Shown: positions 20,101-28,240 of the stretch, one piece after another | Position numbering within the stretch: position 1 is the stretch's first letter | How the letters are laid out: each line of letters begins with the position of its first letter | IMG/VR virus record: IMGVR_UViG_3300037863_000105 | Location: 950-64,949 of that record | DNA: 64,000 bases | Direction: 5' to 3' (one strand) | Origin: a virus | Lineage: Duplodnaviria; Caudoviricetes | Translations under genes and position numbers: made by a program | Notes under the pieces: model-generated | Databases searched by the model: none | What the model saw: only the letters and a program-made list of their open reading frames with translations | Told to the model about the DNA's origin: nothing

Positions 20101-20913
20101 TAGTGAGTCACGAGCTTTTTCAAATTCTAAGCGTGCCTTCTTTTCAGAAATTGCACCGCCTTCAGTTTCAAAACGAAGCTGTTGCAAAGACTCTACGGCG
20201 TCTTCACGGGCCTTAGTTACTTGTTCAATTACTTTTCTTGTGTTTCTTTGAGCATCGTCATACGAACGCTGAGAACGATTAGCAGAAATAATCCCATCAA
20301 GAGCTGACCTTTGAGCATCAGCATTTGCACGTTGAATATCTTTAATCTGGTCTTTTCGGTCTTGTTCTACTCTAAATAAAGCTAGTTGAGCTTTTTTTAA
20401 TCTGTCGTTTGCAGCAGCAAGTGCTTTAGTGGCTGCACCGCCACCTTCAGAAGCTTTTATACCAGCAGATAATGCAGCAGCAACACCACTAAATGCAAGT
20501 TTTGCTGTAATAGCAGCCTGAGCAGCAGCAGTTAATGCTCCACCTAAAATTACAATGCCACCTTGAGCAGCAGCAGCTGCTATTGTTCCAAGAACTACAA
20601 TTCCTGCACCCAATGCACCAACTGCGCCACCTGCTGCAGATAATGCGGGCCCTACAAAGAATCCAGCTTGAGTTAAGCCACGAAGTTTTATACGAGCATT
20701 TTCAGCATCTCTTTGAAAAGCATCACCAAATAGCCCACCACCGCCTCCGCCACGACCAGCACCTCTACTAATGCTGTCATTAAATGATGAAGAAATATCA
20801 TCGCCAGCTTTTGCACCGATATCATCTAGACCACTAAAGGCTTTTTGAATTTCGGGGCGTACGCGGTTGGTGAGAGCACGAACAACAATATATGCATCTC
20901 CTACTACTGCCAT
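17164..20913 (-). CDS. tape measure protein
   Basis: 1249 aa, Ala/Gly-rich coiled-coil and amphipathic W/F repeats; MAVVGDAYIVV start; PRLAQGGVI...IGEGGRAERV end; follows the chaperones. Confidence 0.9.
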   Translation of the reverse strand: MAVVGDAYIVVRALTNRVRPEIQKAFSGLDDIGAKAGDDISSSFNDSISRGAGRGGGGGGLFGDAFQRDAENARIKLRGLTQAGFFVGPALSAAGGAVGALGAGIVVLGTIAAAAAQGGIVILGGALTAAAQAAITAKLAFSGVAAALSAGIKASEGGGAATKALAAANDRLKKAQLALFRVEQDRKDQIKDIQRANADAQRSALDGIISANRSQRSYDDAQRNTRKVIEQVTKAREDAVESLQQLRFETEGGAISEKKARLEFEKARDSLQRVQDLPPNSRARQEAELAFSEADLNLRKAIDRNADLKDSEKKKTVEVAKLRATDIKDTQEVIDAVQDERDARLNASRARIDADQAIADAKNSQKDIDSGKAFRDINRTLADANQAVVDAKKGVADAGAGVTDAFQKALEKLSPEAQRFVKYLISIQGEFKKLKAAAGEELFPKLEIAINNLVKNLFPKLAPLLKGTGDALGDVAINLSKVITDGDNLKSLESVWKTNDTLIRNLGKVVGNLYTGFLNILEAAGPLITKFGKWLALVTGTWSETQKLNNQNGTLTKKFDRIGEILADIGDAIKPFYDGLKDIFSVIIEEGGAVDILVGYLKKAADNFKAFTSAGKKDGSLKKFFNDATINFTKILDLVGNIIGELFKLGDNPGTGEFIDSLNKAVDTFGRIGEKLTGKGGAASGLGTLIEKFALLSEKLTDSGSIEAFFKVLNGALDIANEIFGNAVVQKILIFVGTIAGLAKGFGLVLRVLKFVGLAFSGVFIKIFKFAKDPFAALRKGSGLTRAELKKQMIVDRQKKDAMNGIFTSGKQAARGIDSVTNSSKKARPTIKGAADGIKRGLGGALDKVKIAAGTARTALSTSATKVQQFGIKARLASVGTNVKAVALRGLGAAGRVAGVGLRAAGRGLALLGGPIGIILLLLPLIIENWDKIVAFFRGLIPKLGEIFGKIFEKIPELISGIGEKISNFFTETFVPKLKEFGLKALKILAFILFPIPTLILKFWPQITAFFTDVVFPWFKALPGRVLEFVKKIWNFLSDGIEIAWDFVVDYFIRIFKFYTSLPGKILNLASKVWTFLSDGISTAWKAVTGYITGTLIPYVTGLPGRMTKALSGLWSGLLGGIQAAWQGVKNWWNANVASKKLTIGGFKVLGVSIPKVEIGFPRLAQGGVIPATPGGMMAMIGEGGRAERVEPLDANGLSKRDKAMIDYMSGGAGRGITIVVNPSAGMNERELAELVSRRLAQQMRVGAA

Positions 20914-20928
20914 GCTCTCACCTCCTCG

Positions 20929-21411
20929 TTAATTAAACGGTGCATCTAAGACCTTGCCAAAAGGCAGAGGACTGTCTGCATCCATATTGGTTGCTGGTAC
21001 AAATGGTTTTACTGGTTTTGGTTCGTTGTTATTGGTCGGGTCGAATGGAGTTATGTCATTGTCAGCAAAGAATCCATCTGTAGGAATCTCGCTTCCATCT
21101 GCAGTAAATACACCACTATTACTATTATTTGATGTACCACTAGTTCCATACTTGTAGGTAGTACCATACAGAATTCTATAGACCGAAGAACGTGTATCTG
21201 ACCGAGCCTGCTGTTGTTCAGCAGTGGAGACATCGAGGTCATCCTCAAAGTAGTAATGAATTACATCTAACATATCGGTTGCCTCCATTTCTCCTAGTCT
21301 TAGTCCACTCACAAGTGCCTTTCCGTTAACGTAAGGCCAGAGGTCTATTGCCCACTCAAGGAGTGCTCTGGCCGCACCGTAGGGCGGCTTGAATACTCCT
21401 CTACGAGCCAC
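20929..21411 (-). CDS. tail assembly chaperone, second (gpT-like) frame
   Basis: Overlaps the first chaperone ORF by 67 bp in the -1 frame; directly precedes tape measure. Confidence 0.65.
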   Translation of the reverse strand: MARRGVFKPPYGAARALLEWAIDLWPYVNGKALVSGLRLGEMEATDMLDVIHYYFEDDLDVSTAEQQQARSDTRSSVYRILYGTTYKYGTSGTSNNSNSGVFTADGSEIPTDGFFADNDITPFDPTNNNEPKPVKPFVPATNMDADSPLPFGKVLDAPFN

Positions 21412-21692
21412 GCGGTGATTTCACCGAGTGTATCGACCGTGACAATTGTGTCAGGATTTACTAGTAGGGCATTAAACCGTTCTACGCTGTCAGGCATAAG
21501 ACATACATCAAAGAATGCCGTAATGCTTTTAGCTGCGCCTGCGCCATCATCTGATGCACCAGCAACAATGTCTAGCAATGTTTTTCCCTGTAAGTTTGGC
21601 TTGCATTTAAACTCTTCATCATGGAGCTTGAACGTTAGGGGCTCTTTACTTACTTCCCCACCCGAACCAAAGTCCTTAAATCGGTTTGTCAT
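21345..21692 (-). CDS. tail assembly chaperone (gpG-like)
   Basis: PLTFKLHDEEF...TLGEITAWLVEEYSSRPT; position upstream of tape measure. Confidence 0.75.
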   Translation of the reverse strand: MTNRFKDFGSGGEVSKEPLTFKLHDEEFKCKPNLQGKTLLDIVAGASDDGAGAAKSITAFFDVCLMPDSVERFNALLVNPDTIVTVDTLGEITAWLVEEYSSRPTVRPEHSLSGQ

Positions 21693-21759
21693 ATGTTTTC
21701 CTTATCTATCTTGTGTCTTTGATGCACAGCGGATGCCGTGTACCAGTGTTCCTACTATT

Positions 21760-22146
21760 TTACCCAATAATTCGACGCATGTTATCTGTCAAATAGCGGT
21801 TAGCAGGAGTTCCAGGGTGGCGAACCATATGTGCAAATACAATCTGTCCCTTAGAAACAAATCGAAGCATATGGGCTGTGTTTGGTCTAATTAGGTGGGG
21901 CTTAGTACCTTCATGATGCATTTTGGCATACTTAAGAGGTGAACCAATTTTAACATATTGACCTCGTGGGTCAGAGAAATGTCTCATATGTATAGAGGAG
22001 CGAAGTGCCCCAGTGCTTACGCCTACTTGACGTTTAGCAGCAGATTCAATTAACCTGCCTTTTTTAGATAGGTATTTACCGACATCACCAGATGGCGATA
22101 TCAAAAGTTTGTCCATCGCTGCATTACGAAAAATAACTTTAGGCAT
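21760..22146 (-). CDS. HK97 gp10-like neck/minor tail protein
   Basis: VGVSTGALRSSI...KYAKMHHEGTKPH...HPGTPANRYL. Confidence 0.75.
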   Translation of the reverse strand: MPKVIFRNAAMDKLLISPSGDVGKYLSKKGRLIESAAKRQVGVSTGALRSSIHMRHFSDPRGQYVKIGSPLKYAKMHHEGTKPHLIRPNTAHMLRFVSKGQIVFAHMVRHPGTPANRYLTDNMRRIIG

Positions 22147-22652
22147 TATGGGATAGCCATTGTGATAGTCATACTAGTGGTTGTAAAGCCACCCTCAGGT
22201 TGGGAGCCGTCTACTGTTGCAATTACTCCTAGCCCTGGAAAATTATCTTCCCCCCAAGTATCAAGAAGATTAATGCTCTCCATTAAAATCCAAGCATCTA
22301 AAGCTGCAACTCTGTTAGCCTCTTGAATATCATCAGCTAAAGGTGCGTTCCCATTTTGTTGTGTTGTTGGCACTTCACGAGATATAGAAATATTTAAAGT
22401 AGCGCTACGTGGGTCATGGCAGCGTCTTGGGGTAGTTGCTTCATCCCCAGGAGTTCCTAAGTACATCTGAATAAATGACACAACTATCTGTTCACATTCA
22501 ACTGCAGGGACACCAAAAGTGTAATAACGGCGACTAGGTAACGGCATATCAAATGAGTCATACACAGTGATAACTCGGTCCAAAACTCCCTGAAGCATAT
22601 TTGCTAAGTTTTTAGCATCGTTAGATACACCAGATGTATTTACGATAGGCAT
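22146..22652 (-). CDS. tail terminator-like protein
   Basis: 168 aa; position between adaptor and gp10-like gene. Confidence 0.5.
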   Translation of the reverse strand: MPIVNTSGVSNDAKNLANMLQGVLDRVITVYDSFDMPLPSRRYYTFGVPAVECEQIVVSFIQMYLGTPGDEATTPRRCHDPRSATLNISISREVPTTQQNGNAPLADDIQEANRVAALDAWILMESINLLDTWGEDNFPGLGVIATVDGSQPEGGFTTTSMTITMAIP

Positions 22653-22672
22653 GTCATTAACCTCTTTGTCTC

Positions 22673-23815
22673 TTAAACTATTGCGATTGGAATTGGAGCA
22701 GGACTTCCTAGCTGATAGATAACGTTTCCTGTTAAAAGGTTTATTACCTCATCTACCTCTGGGTTTCCCAAACTTGGACGAGACGCATACAAATCAACTG
22801 TTCCTGGGTCACGAGGGCCTAAGACGGAAAGGATGTTTGCATAGGTTGTACTTAACCTAATTGTACCCTCTACGGAGTCCAAAACTGCGGCTCCTTCAAT
22901 TGTTTTTGTTATTGTATTATTGAAGTTAGACATGATTGCATAGACGTTCCATGACGAGTCACCCATAAGGAAGTCTCCACCAAATTCATTTAGATAGTAG
23001 ACCTGTGCGCCACCTTCTGCATTGAAGTAGAGGTCTAGAGCAGAGAGTTCAAAAGCTGGACTCTGACCGATAATTCTGCGGGCACGAGGGGTATCTGGAG
23101 AAAAAACTCGAGAACGAGCGCGAGCCTTATCTGGATTGGATGTTTTAAGGAATAGGTCTACTGCGTAGATGCCAGTCTTAAGTTCATCTACGAAAGATTG
23201 ATTATCTAGGACTGTATATGTAACACCTTGACGAGCAACGGTAGTAACACGTTGAGGTAGGGCGCAAGTATCGTCGTTTTCATAAAGCTTTACAAGTTCG
23301 GTAGCAAGAATACGTGCAGCAGCTCTACCAGCTACAGGAGGTGGACTTCCGTATGTATATGTAACTTCTACGTTAGAAGAGGACCAATTTGCATTAGGAG
23401 TACCAAAGATTGTTGAATGGTCAGATAAATAGTATGTTGAAGGGTCAATAATTGTGCCGTCTTGGTTACGTAGGTTATGTACCTTAACTACTTTGCGACC
23501 GCGAAGGCGAACACGGGTAAGAGAAGATGTTCCATCACCTTGGTAGTCGTGATTGTAATCGCTACCAAATATACCCCCAGGTATATTCTCTACTTGACCA
23601 TCAACAAGGGTAGGTGTGTAATTTAGGGTAGACGCGCCAACACGAAGATATGGGTCATAAGCTGAGACATAACGCTCTGTGACTGTAGTGGAGCCATTGA
23701 ACTTGCGTCCAGACATAGCCCAAAGCATATAAGAAGCGGTTTTTATAGCTTCATAGGCATAATCAGAATCAGCATATACACCAAGTTCTTCAACATCGGT
23801 CCAAAGATTACTCAT
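22673..23815 (-). CDS. head-to-tail adaptor with C-terminal extension
   Basis: LWAMSGRKF, VEVTYTYG.PPP..GR.AA..LA.E, LPQRVTTVARQGVT. Confidence 0.7.
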   Translation of the reverse strand: MSNLWTDVEELGVYADSDYAYEAIKTASYMLWAMSGRKFNGSTTVTERYVSAYDPYLRVGASTLNYTPTLVDGQVENIPGGIFGSDYNHDYQGDGTSSLTRVRLRGRKVVKVHNLRNQDGTIIDPSTYYLSDHSTIFGTPNANWSSSNVEVTYTYGSPPPVAGRAAARILATELVKLYENDDTCALPQRVTTVARQGVTYTVLDNQSFVDELKTGIYAVDLFLKTSNPDKARARSRVFSPDTPRARRIIGQSPAFELSALDLYFNAEGGAQVYYLNEFGGDFLMGDSSWNVYAIMSNFNNTITKTIEGAAVLDSVEGTIRLSTTYANILSVLGPRDPGTVDLYASRPSLGNPEVDEVINLLTGNVIYQLGSPAPIPIAIV

Positions 23816-23838
23816 TCCGTCACCTTATCCTTTTAATA

Positions 23839-23892
23839 GAAAAGGCGGGCAGCCGCCGAGTAGATATAAAACCTACGGCAACATGCCCGCCT
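23839..23892 (-). terminator. intrinsic terminator after the major tail gene
   Basis: AGGCGGGCA...TGCCCGCCT stem followed by TTT on the minus strand. Confidence 0.7.
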
Positions 23893-23899
23893 CGACTAA

Positions 23900-24946
23900 T
23901 TACGCTGTTGGGTCCTCAGTTGAAGCAATGATAAAGTCAAGTGCTTCCTCTGGGTTGTATGTATCAGAACCAGGTACGTTGTAGGTATCTGTTGAACCTT
24001 GTGAATCGTAATCTGCTACTGCAAGGTATCCGCGTCCACGAACTACTGAACCTGCTGGGCTGACTGCTGCTGATGGGACATCATTGCCAGTCTTTGCATA
24101 GCGGAAAGTAGTTGTAGTTGGAACTGCTGTAATTACAGCAGCACCATTGAAATCAGCGTCTACACCTGAAACAGTAATGCTCTGTCCAACTTCAAATCCA
24201 TGTGCAGAACCTGTTGTAAGGGTTGCAACGGATGAAGTCTTAGCCTTGTTCGTGATGGTCTTTGTAGACTCATCGAACCAGCGGTAAAAGCCCTTAAGCC
24301 CCTGTGGCGCATAGCTTGCACGAGCATAGGCATATGGACGGTCAGCAGCAATTGGGTATTCCCAACGACCATCAAGACCTGCGTTGAACTCAATATTTCC
24401 AAGGCCGTAACCTTCGAATGTGTTGGCAAGAAGACCGTTCTCAATTACACGGTCACCTGACTGACGAAGCTTTACATATGGGAAAATCCAGTAGAAGAAA
24501 GGAAGTGTGCTTGCACGCTTTCCATCTTTTACAGCATATGACCAGCACTCAATGGCAACACCGTTACCTGCAGGGTCGTCTCCGACTGCTGGTGCGGCCC
24601 AACCGACTGACTTGTTGTCTGGAGATGAGAATGAACCGAAGTTCTTACGAAGCAATAAACCACCTGACATAAGAGCGCTTAGCTCTGGGTCTGGGTCGCA
24701 AATTGCAATTTCCATTGTGATGCGCTTGAGTGTGTCAGGGGCTTTGTATGAGACACATACAGTGCCGTCTGCTGACTTCTCAACAATTTCATCACCCTCT
24801 TCGTACTCGGGGGTAAATGATGCACGCATAAATGCAGAAGTGGTGTATGAGTCACCAGCTCCGTTTAGTAGGTTTCCAGCGGAATCCAGTCGAGTGACTC
24901 GAATTGCCACGCCTTGGACGCTGGCTGCGTAATCCTGTGTAGCCAT
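23900..24946 (-). CDS. major tail (tube) protein with one inserted beta-sandwich repeat
   Basis: SVQGVAIRVTRLD..G, FTPEYEEGDEI.EK.A.G.VCV.YKAPD, FYWIFPY. Confidence 0.8.
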   Translation of the reverse strand: MATQDYAASVQGVAIRVTRLDSAGNLLNGAGDSYTTSAFMRASFTPEYEEGDEIVEKSADGTVCVSYKAPDTLKRITMEIAICDPDPELSALMSGGLLLRKNFGSFSSPDNKSVGWAAPAVGDDPAGNGVAIECWSYAVKDGKRASTLPFFYWIFPYVKLRQSGDRVIENGLLANTFEGYGLGNIEFNAGLDGRWEYPIAADRPYAYARASYAPQGLKGFYRWFDESTKTITNKAKTSSVATLTTGSAHGFEVGQSITVSGVDADFNGAAVITAVPTTTTFRYAKTGNDVPSAAVSPAGSVVRGRGYLAVADYDSQGSTDTYNVPGSDTYNPEEALDFIIASTEDPTA

Positions 24947-24976
24947 TCCTGTTGCTCCTTTGTTGGTTTCTTAGGC

Positions 24977-25867
24977 TTAGTCGTTAGGTAACGTCACTCG
25001 CATGGCATAAAGCATGCTTGGGTCTGCGTAGGCAGCCGCTGGGCGGAATGCCTTGATACGCATGTTGTTAATTGTAACATCTGCACCTTGAGCCAAGTTT
25101 TCGTTTACAATCTCGACCTTGCCAAGATGAACCTCAACTGCACTTGTTGCATACATCCACTTGTTAGTTGCTGACGCAGTTGCGTTAGAATCTCCAATTG
25201 GACCGTTACCTGTATAACCAGAGCCAATAATGACGTCTGTACCTAGACGAGTCATTGCTCGCCCAGAATTCTCTATTTCGCCCTTTTTGTAAATCAAACG
25301 TGACCCTAGAATTGAAGCAACATCGCGGGTCATGTGAATGACACCATTCTCGCCTAGAGGTGAGCTAGCAATTGCCTGCTCAAGAATCATCAAAGCATTT
25401 TCTGGCTTCTTAGCGCCAACTACTGGAACTGCTGCTGCTCCTGCTTTACTCAAGTACATGTTGCCATTTGCTGTAGCCTCGGCTAATGCAGCGCGGCCTT
25501 CCCAAAATTCAAACTCAAGTGCTTTTTGTGTTACACATTCAAGTGCTTTTATGACCTCCTTAAAGCGGTCCTCACCTGGAAGGCTAAATGTTGAGTTAAA
25601 TATTTCTGCATCGATAAAAAATGGAACATAGTATTCGTAACTATTATCAGCCTGATTATCGCTTAGCTCTCCATTTATAACTACTTCATCGTTTACTGTA
25701 AGTAGACGAATATATGAAGGAAGACTATCAAACTCATAAGCGAACTTACGTACCCAACGCTCATCACGCTCACGTGCTGTATGCGTCATTACGTTAGCAA
25801 CGCTCAAGATTCCGCAAGGGGCTTGAACTAACTCACCTGCAGGGAAAACCCCATTAAATGTAGCCAT
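24977..25867 (-). CDS. second capsid protein (cluster-B-like 'major capsid pentamer' type)
   Basis: 296 aa directly after the main capsid gene; same synteny as in cluster-B-like actinophages. Confidence 0.55.
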   Translation of the reverse strand: MATFNGVFPAGELVQAPCGILSVANVMTHTARERDERWVRKFAYEFDSLPSYIRLLTVNDEVVINGELSDNQADNSYEYYVPFFIDAEIFNSTFSLPGEDRFKEVIKALECVTQKALEFEFWEGRAALAEATANGNMYLSKAGAAAVPVVGAKKPENALMILEQAIASSPLGENGVIHMTRDVASILGSRLIYKKGEIENSGRAMTRLGTDVIIGSGYTGNGPIGDSNATASATNKWMYATSAVEVHLGKVEIVNENLAQGADVTINNMRIKAFRPAAAYADPSMLYAMRVTLPND

Positions 25868-25929
25868 TTCTCTTATACCTCTCTTAGAACCTTGAGCGTT
25901 GCTTTTGTAACGTTAACTACTCAGTTGAT

Positions 25930-28077
25930 TTAGTACTCAACTGCTGCTGCTGATGCGCCACCTGTTGTGTCGCGGAGGGCTGCTGCCACACCGTTCACAG
26001 AGATGGTAGATGTGATTGCAAGACCCTCGATACCGACCTTTGCAACACCTTCGAATGTCTCAATGAACATCTTGTAGTCGTTAGTTCCGACTAGGGATGA
26101 ATCGCGGATGATTCCAAGGTCCAAAGTACCACCGTCAAGGAACAAGAATGTTCCTTCAGCGAATAGGTACCATGTGAAGCTATCTGAGAACTCAAGAAGG
26201 GCAGATATACCCTGTGTTCCGTAGACGTTCTGGTCGAGTGAGTAGCTTACAACAACTCCACGAGCAGCTAGGTAGCCGTCGATTTCTGCGTAAGCATTAA
26301 GGGCATTGTCACCAGGCATTGCAAGAGCAAGGTCAGCTGCCATAGCATCCTTAACCCATGAAGGGATAATTACGCGTAGTGGAGCGTCAGCCTCTAGACG
26401 GTGACGTGAACGGTATGCAGCTGAGGCGCGACCAACCTGTACTAGGAAGTCACGACCAAAACCGATTAGCGAAGTAGTTGAAACAGCTGTTGAGCCTGCT
26501 GCAATCTTAGCTAGAAGGTACTGCTCTGCTTCACGTGCATGCTGAATCAAACCAAGCTCATTGTGGCGAGCGATTAGTTCTGGGTATGCACGTGTTGCAA
26601 GGTTACCGAACTGCAATTGAAGAGTTACAGCGTCAGTTGCAACTGTTTGCTCTTGTGCAGCAGTCACTGTCAAGCTTGCCTTTGTTGATGGGTTTGGAGT
26701 TGTAGCTGCATCGTTAGCAGCAGTCCAAACACCAACAGCGTCAGCATAGTCTGAAAGAACTGGTGGGGTGATGAAGCGGATTCCGCCACGGTCAGCCTGG
26801 AAGCGAGGAAGTGCGTCACGTACTGGACGTGATGTTGTTCCAACTCCGAAGATGTCGTAACGAGCTTCAAATGGTGCAACGTGTCCACCAGAAGCAACAA
26901 TGGCCTCAGGTGAAATTACGTTCTGAATCTTTGCCCAGTTTGATTCTGCATCTGTTGAAAGAGTGCGGGATTCTGGGAAAGATGTGGTGACGGATGCAAC
27001 GATATGTTGTTCTCCATCTCCACCGTTAACACGACGAAGTGCGTGAATGCGCTTCTCCATTGCTGATGCAACAGTTGTCATGTCTTCTAGCGCGGAACCT
27101 GCGCTGTATCCAGGAATGTCAGCACCTGCCGTGATTGCCACGGTAGCGGCTGATACCTGAGTAACAGGGCGGCGGTCCGCTGGGACCTCGGGAGTGAGGT
27201 CTGCATTAGCTGCGGCGGTCACTGGTGCCTCCATTGTTTCCTGAGCACTTAGCTCAATAGTTTGGTTTTCTTTTGTTGATGCCTCTGCATCGTCTGCAAC
27301 ATCTGCAGATGCGTCGTCTTCAGCTGAAGCTGAATCGTCTGCAACTACATCATCTGCTGCTGCTACTGCATCATCTGCAGGAGCTGCCTCTTCTGTAGCC
27401 ACTTCTTCAACAGCAGCTTCAGCAGCAGGTGCTGCTTCGTCTTCTGCAGATGCAACTACTGGTGCCTCGGCTACGGGAGCCTCAGCTGTCTCGGTTGTTT
27501 CAGTCGAGAGCTCGGCGGCCTCTACCACTTCGGTTGATGCTTCGGTCATAGTTTTTTTCTTCTCTTCCTCTGCCTTCATCTCTTCAGGAGTCATTGGCTT
27601 TGCAGCCTCATCTTCCATAAGAGCTTCAGCAGAAACGTGAGCAGCTGCAGCGGGTGCTGCTTCTGCTACGGGGGTTTCTTCCACCATAGGGGCTTCTACA
27701 GGAGCTTCATCCTTCATGTCTTTAACTGGCATTTCTGCTGTCTCAGTCATGGGCTTTTCTTCTGTAGGCATTTCCATAGGGGTTTCAGAAGAGTCTTCTG
27801 AACTATCTTCCTTTACGTCGCCATCTGCACCACGCACGCGATTCGCGGCTTCAGCAGCACGCTGAGCGAGCTCCTGAATTGCGCCTTCGCGGGTCTTGAG
27901 TTCAGCGCGAACTGAATCAAGCATGTCGGCAAGTAACGTCATAGCATCAACTGTCTGCGGAGTAGGCTCTTCACCCTCGACCGATTCGAATTCGCTGACG
28001 ATAGACTTCTGAAGCTCTGCGACTTGTGCGTCGTCGAGTTCAGATAGTGTATCCATCATCTCTTTGATTCGGTCCAC
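25930..28077 (-). CDS. major capsid (hexamer-type) protein with N-terminal acidic scaffold region
   Basis: Ala/Glu-rich low-complexity N-half; VASGG..AP.E.RYD, RPVRDALPRFQADRGGIRF, FLFLDGGTLDLGIIRDS.L..TND. Start set at GTG 28077 after SD AAGGAGG. Confidence 0.85.
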   Translation of the reverse strand: MDRIKEMMDTLSELDDAQVAELQKSIVSEFESVEGEEPTPQTVDAMTLLADMLDSVRAELKTREGAIQELAQRAAEAANRVRGADGDVKEDSSEDSSETPMEMPTEEKPMTETAEMPVKDMKDEAPVEAPMVEETPVAEAAPAAAAHVSAEALMEDEAAKPMTPEEMKAEEEKKKTMTEASTEVVEAAELSTETTETAEAPVAEAPVVASAEDEAAPAAEAAVEEVATEEAAPADDAVAAADDVVADDSASAEDDASADVADDAEASTKENQTIELSAQETMEAPVTAAANADLTPEVPADRRPVTQVSAATVAITAGADIPGYSAGSALEDMTTVASAMEKRIHALRRVNGGDGEQHIVASVTTSFPESRTLSTDAESNWAKIQNVISPEAIVASGGHVAPFEARYDIFGVGTTSRPVRDALPRFQADRGGIRFITPPVLSDYADAVGVWTAANDAATTPNPSTKASLTVTAAQEQTVATDAVTLQLQFGNLATRAYPELIARHNELGLIQHAREAEQYLLAKIAAGSTAVSTTSLIGFGRDFLVQVGRASAAYRSRHRLEADAPLRVIIPSWVKDAMAADLALAMPGDNALNAYAEIDGYLAARGVVVSYSLDQNVYGTQGISALLEFSDSFTWYLFAEGTFLFLDGGTLDLGIIRDSSLVGTNDYKMFIETFEGVAKVGIEGLAITSTISVNGVAAALRDTTGGASAAAVEY

Positions 28078-28240
28078 TGTCCCTCCTTGGGCAGTTAAGT
28101 AGAACAAGAATGTTCTATTCGCTGATTAGTCGAGGCCGAGGGACTCCGAGACGCATAAAGCGAGGAGGCACTCCACCTGATATAAATACTACAACCTCTC
28201 AAAAAGAGTGATTGTACGATTTATGACCTATTTCTGGTTC

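Noticed and set aside
18065-21894. Plus-strand ORFs such as 18065-18523, 18797-19117 and 21415-21894
   Set aside because: Antisense shadows of tape measure and chaperone genes, with no SD and no recognisable motifs.
28108-28200. Structured RNA in the capsid leader
   Set aside because: Only short, weak stems were found by eye; not enough support.
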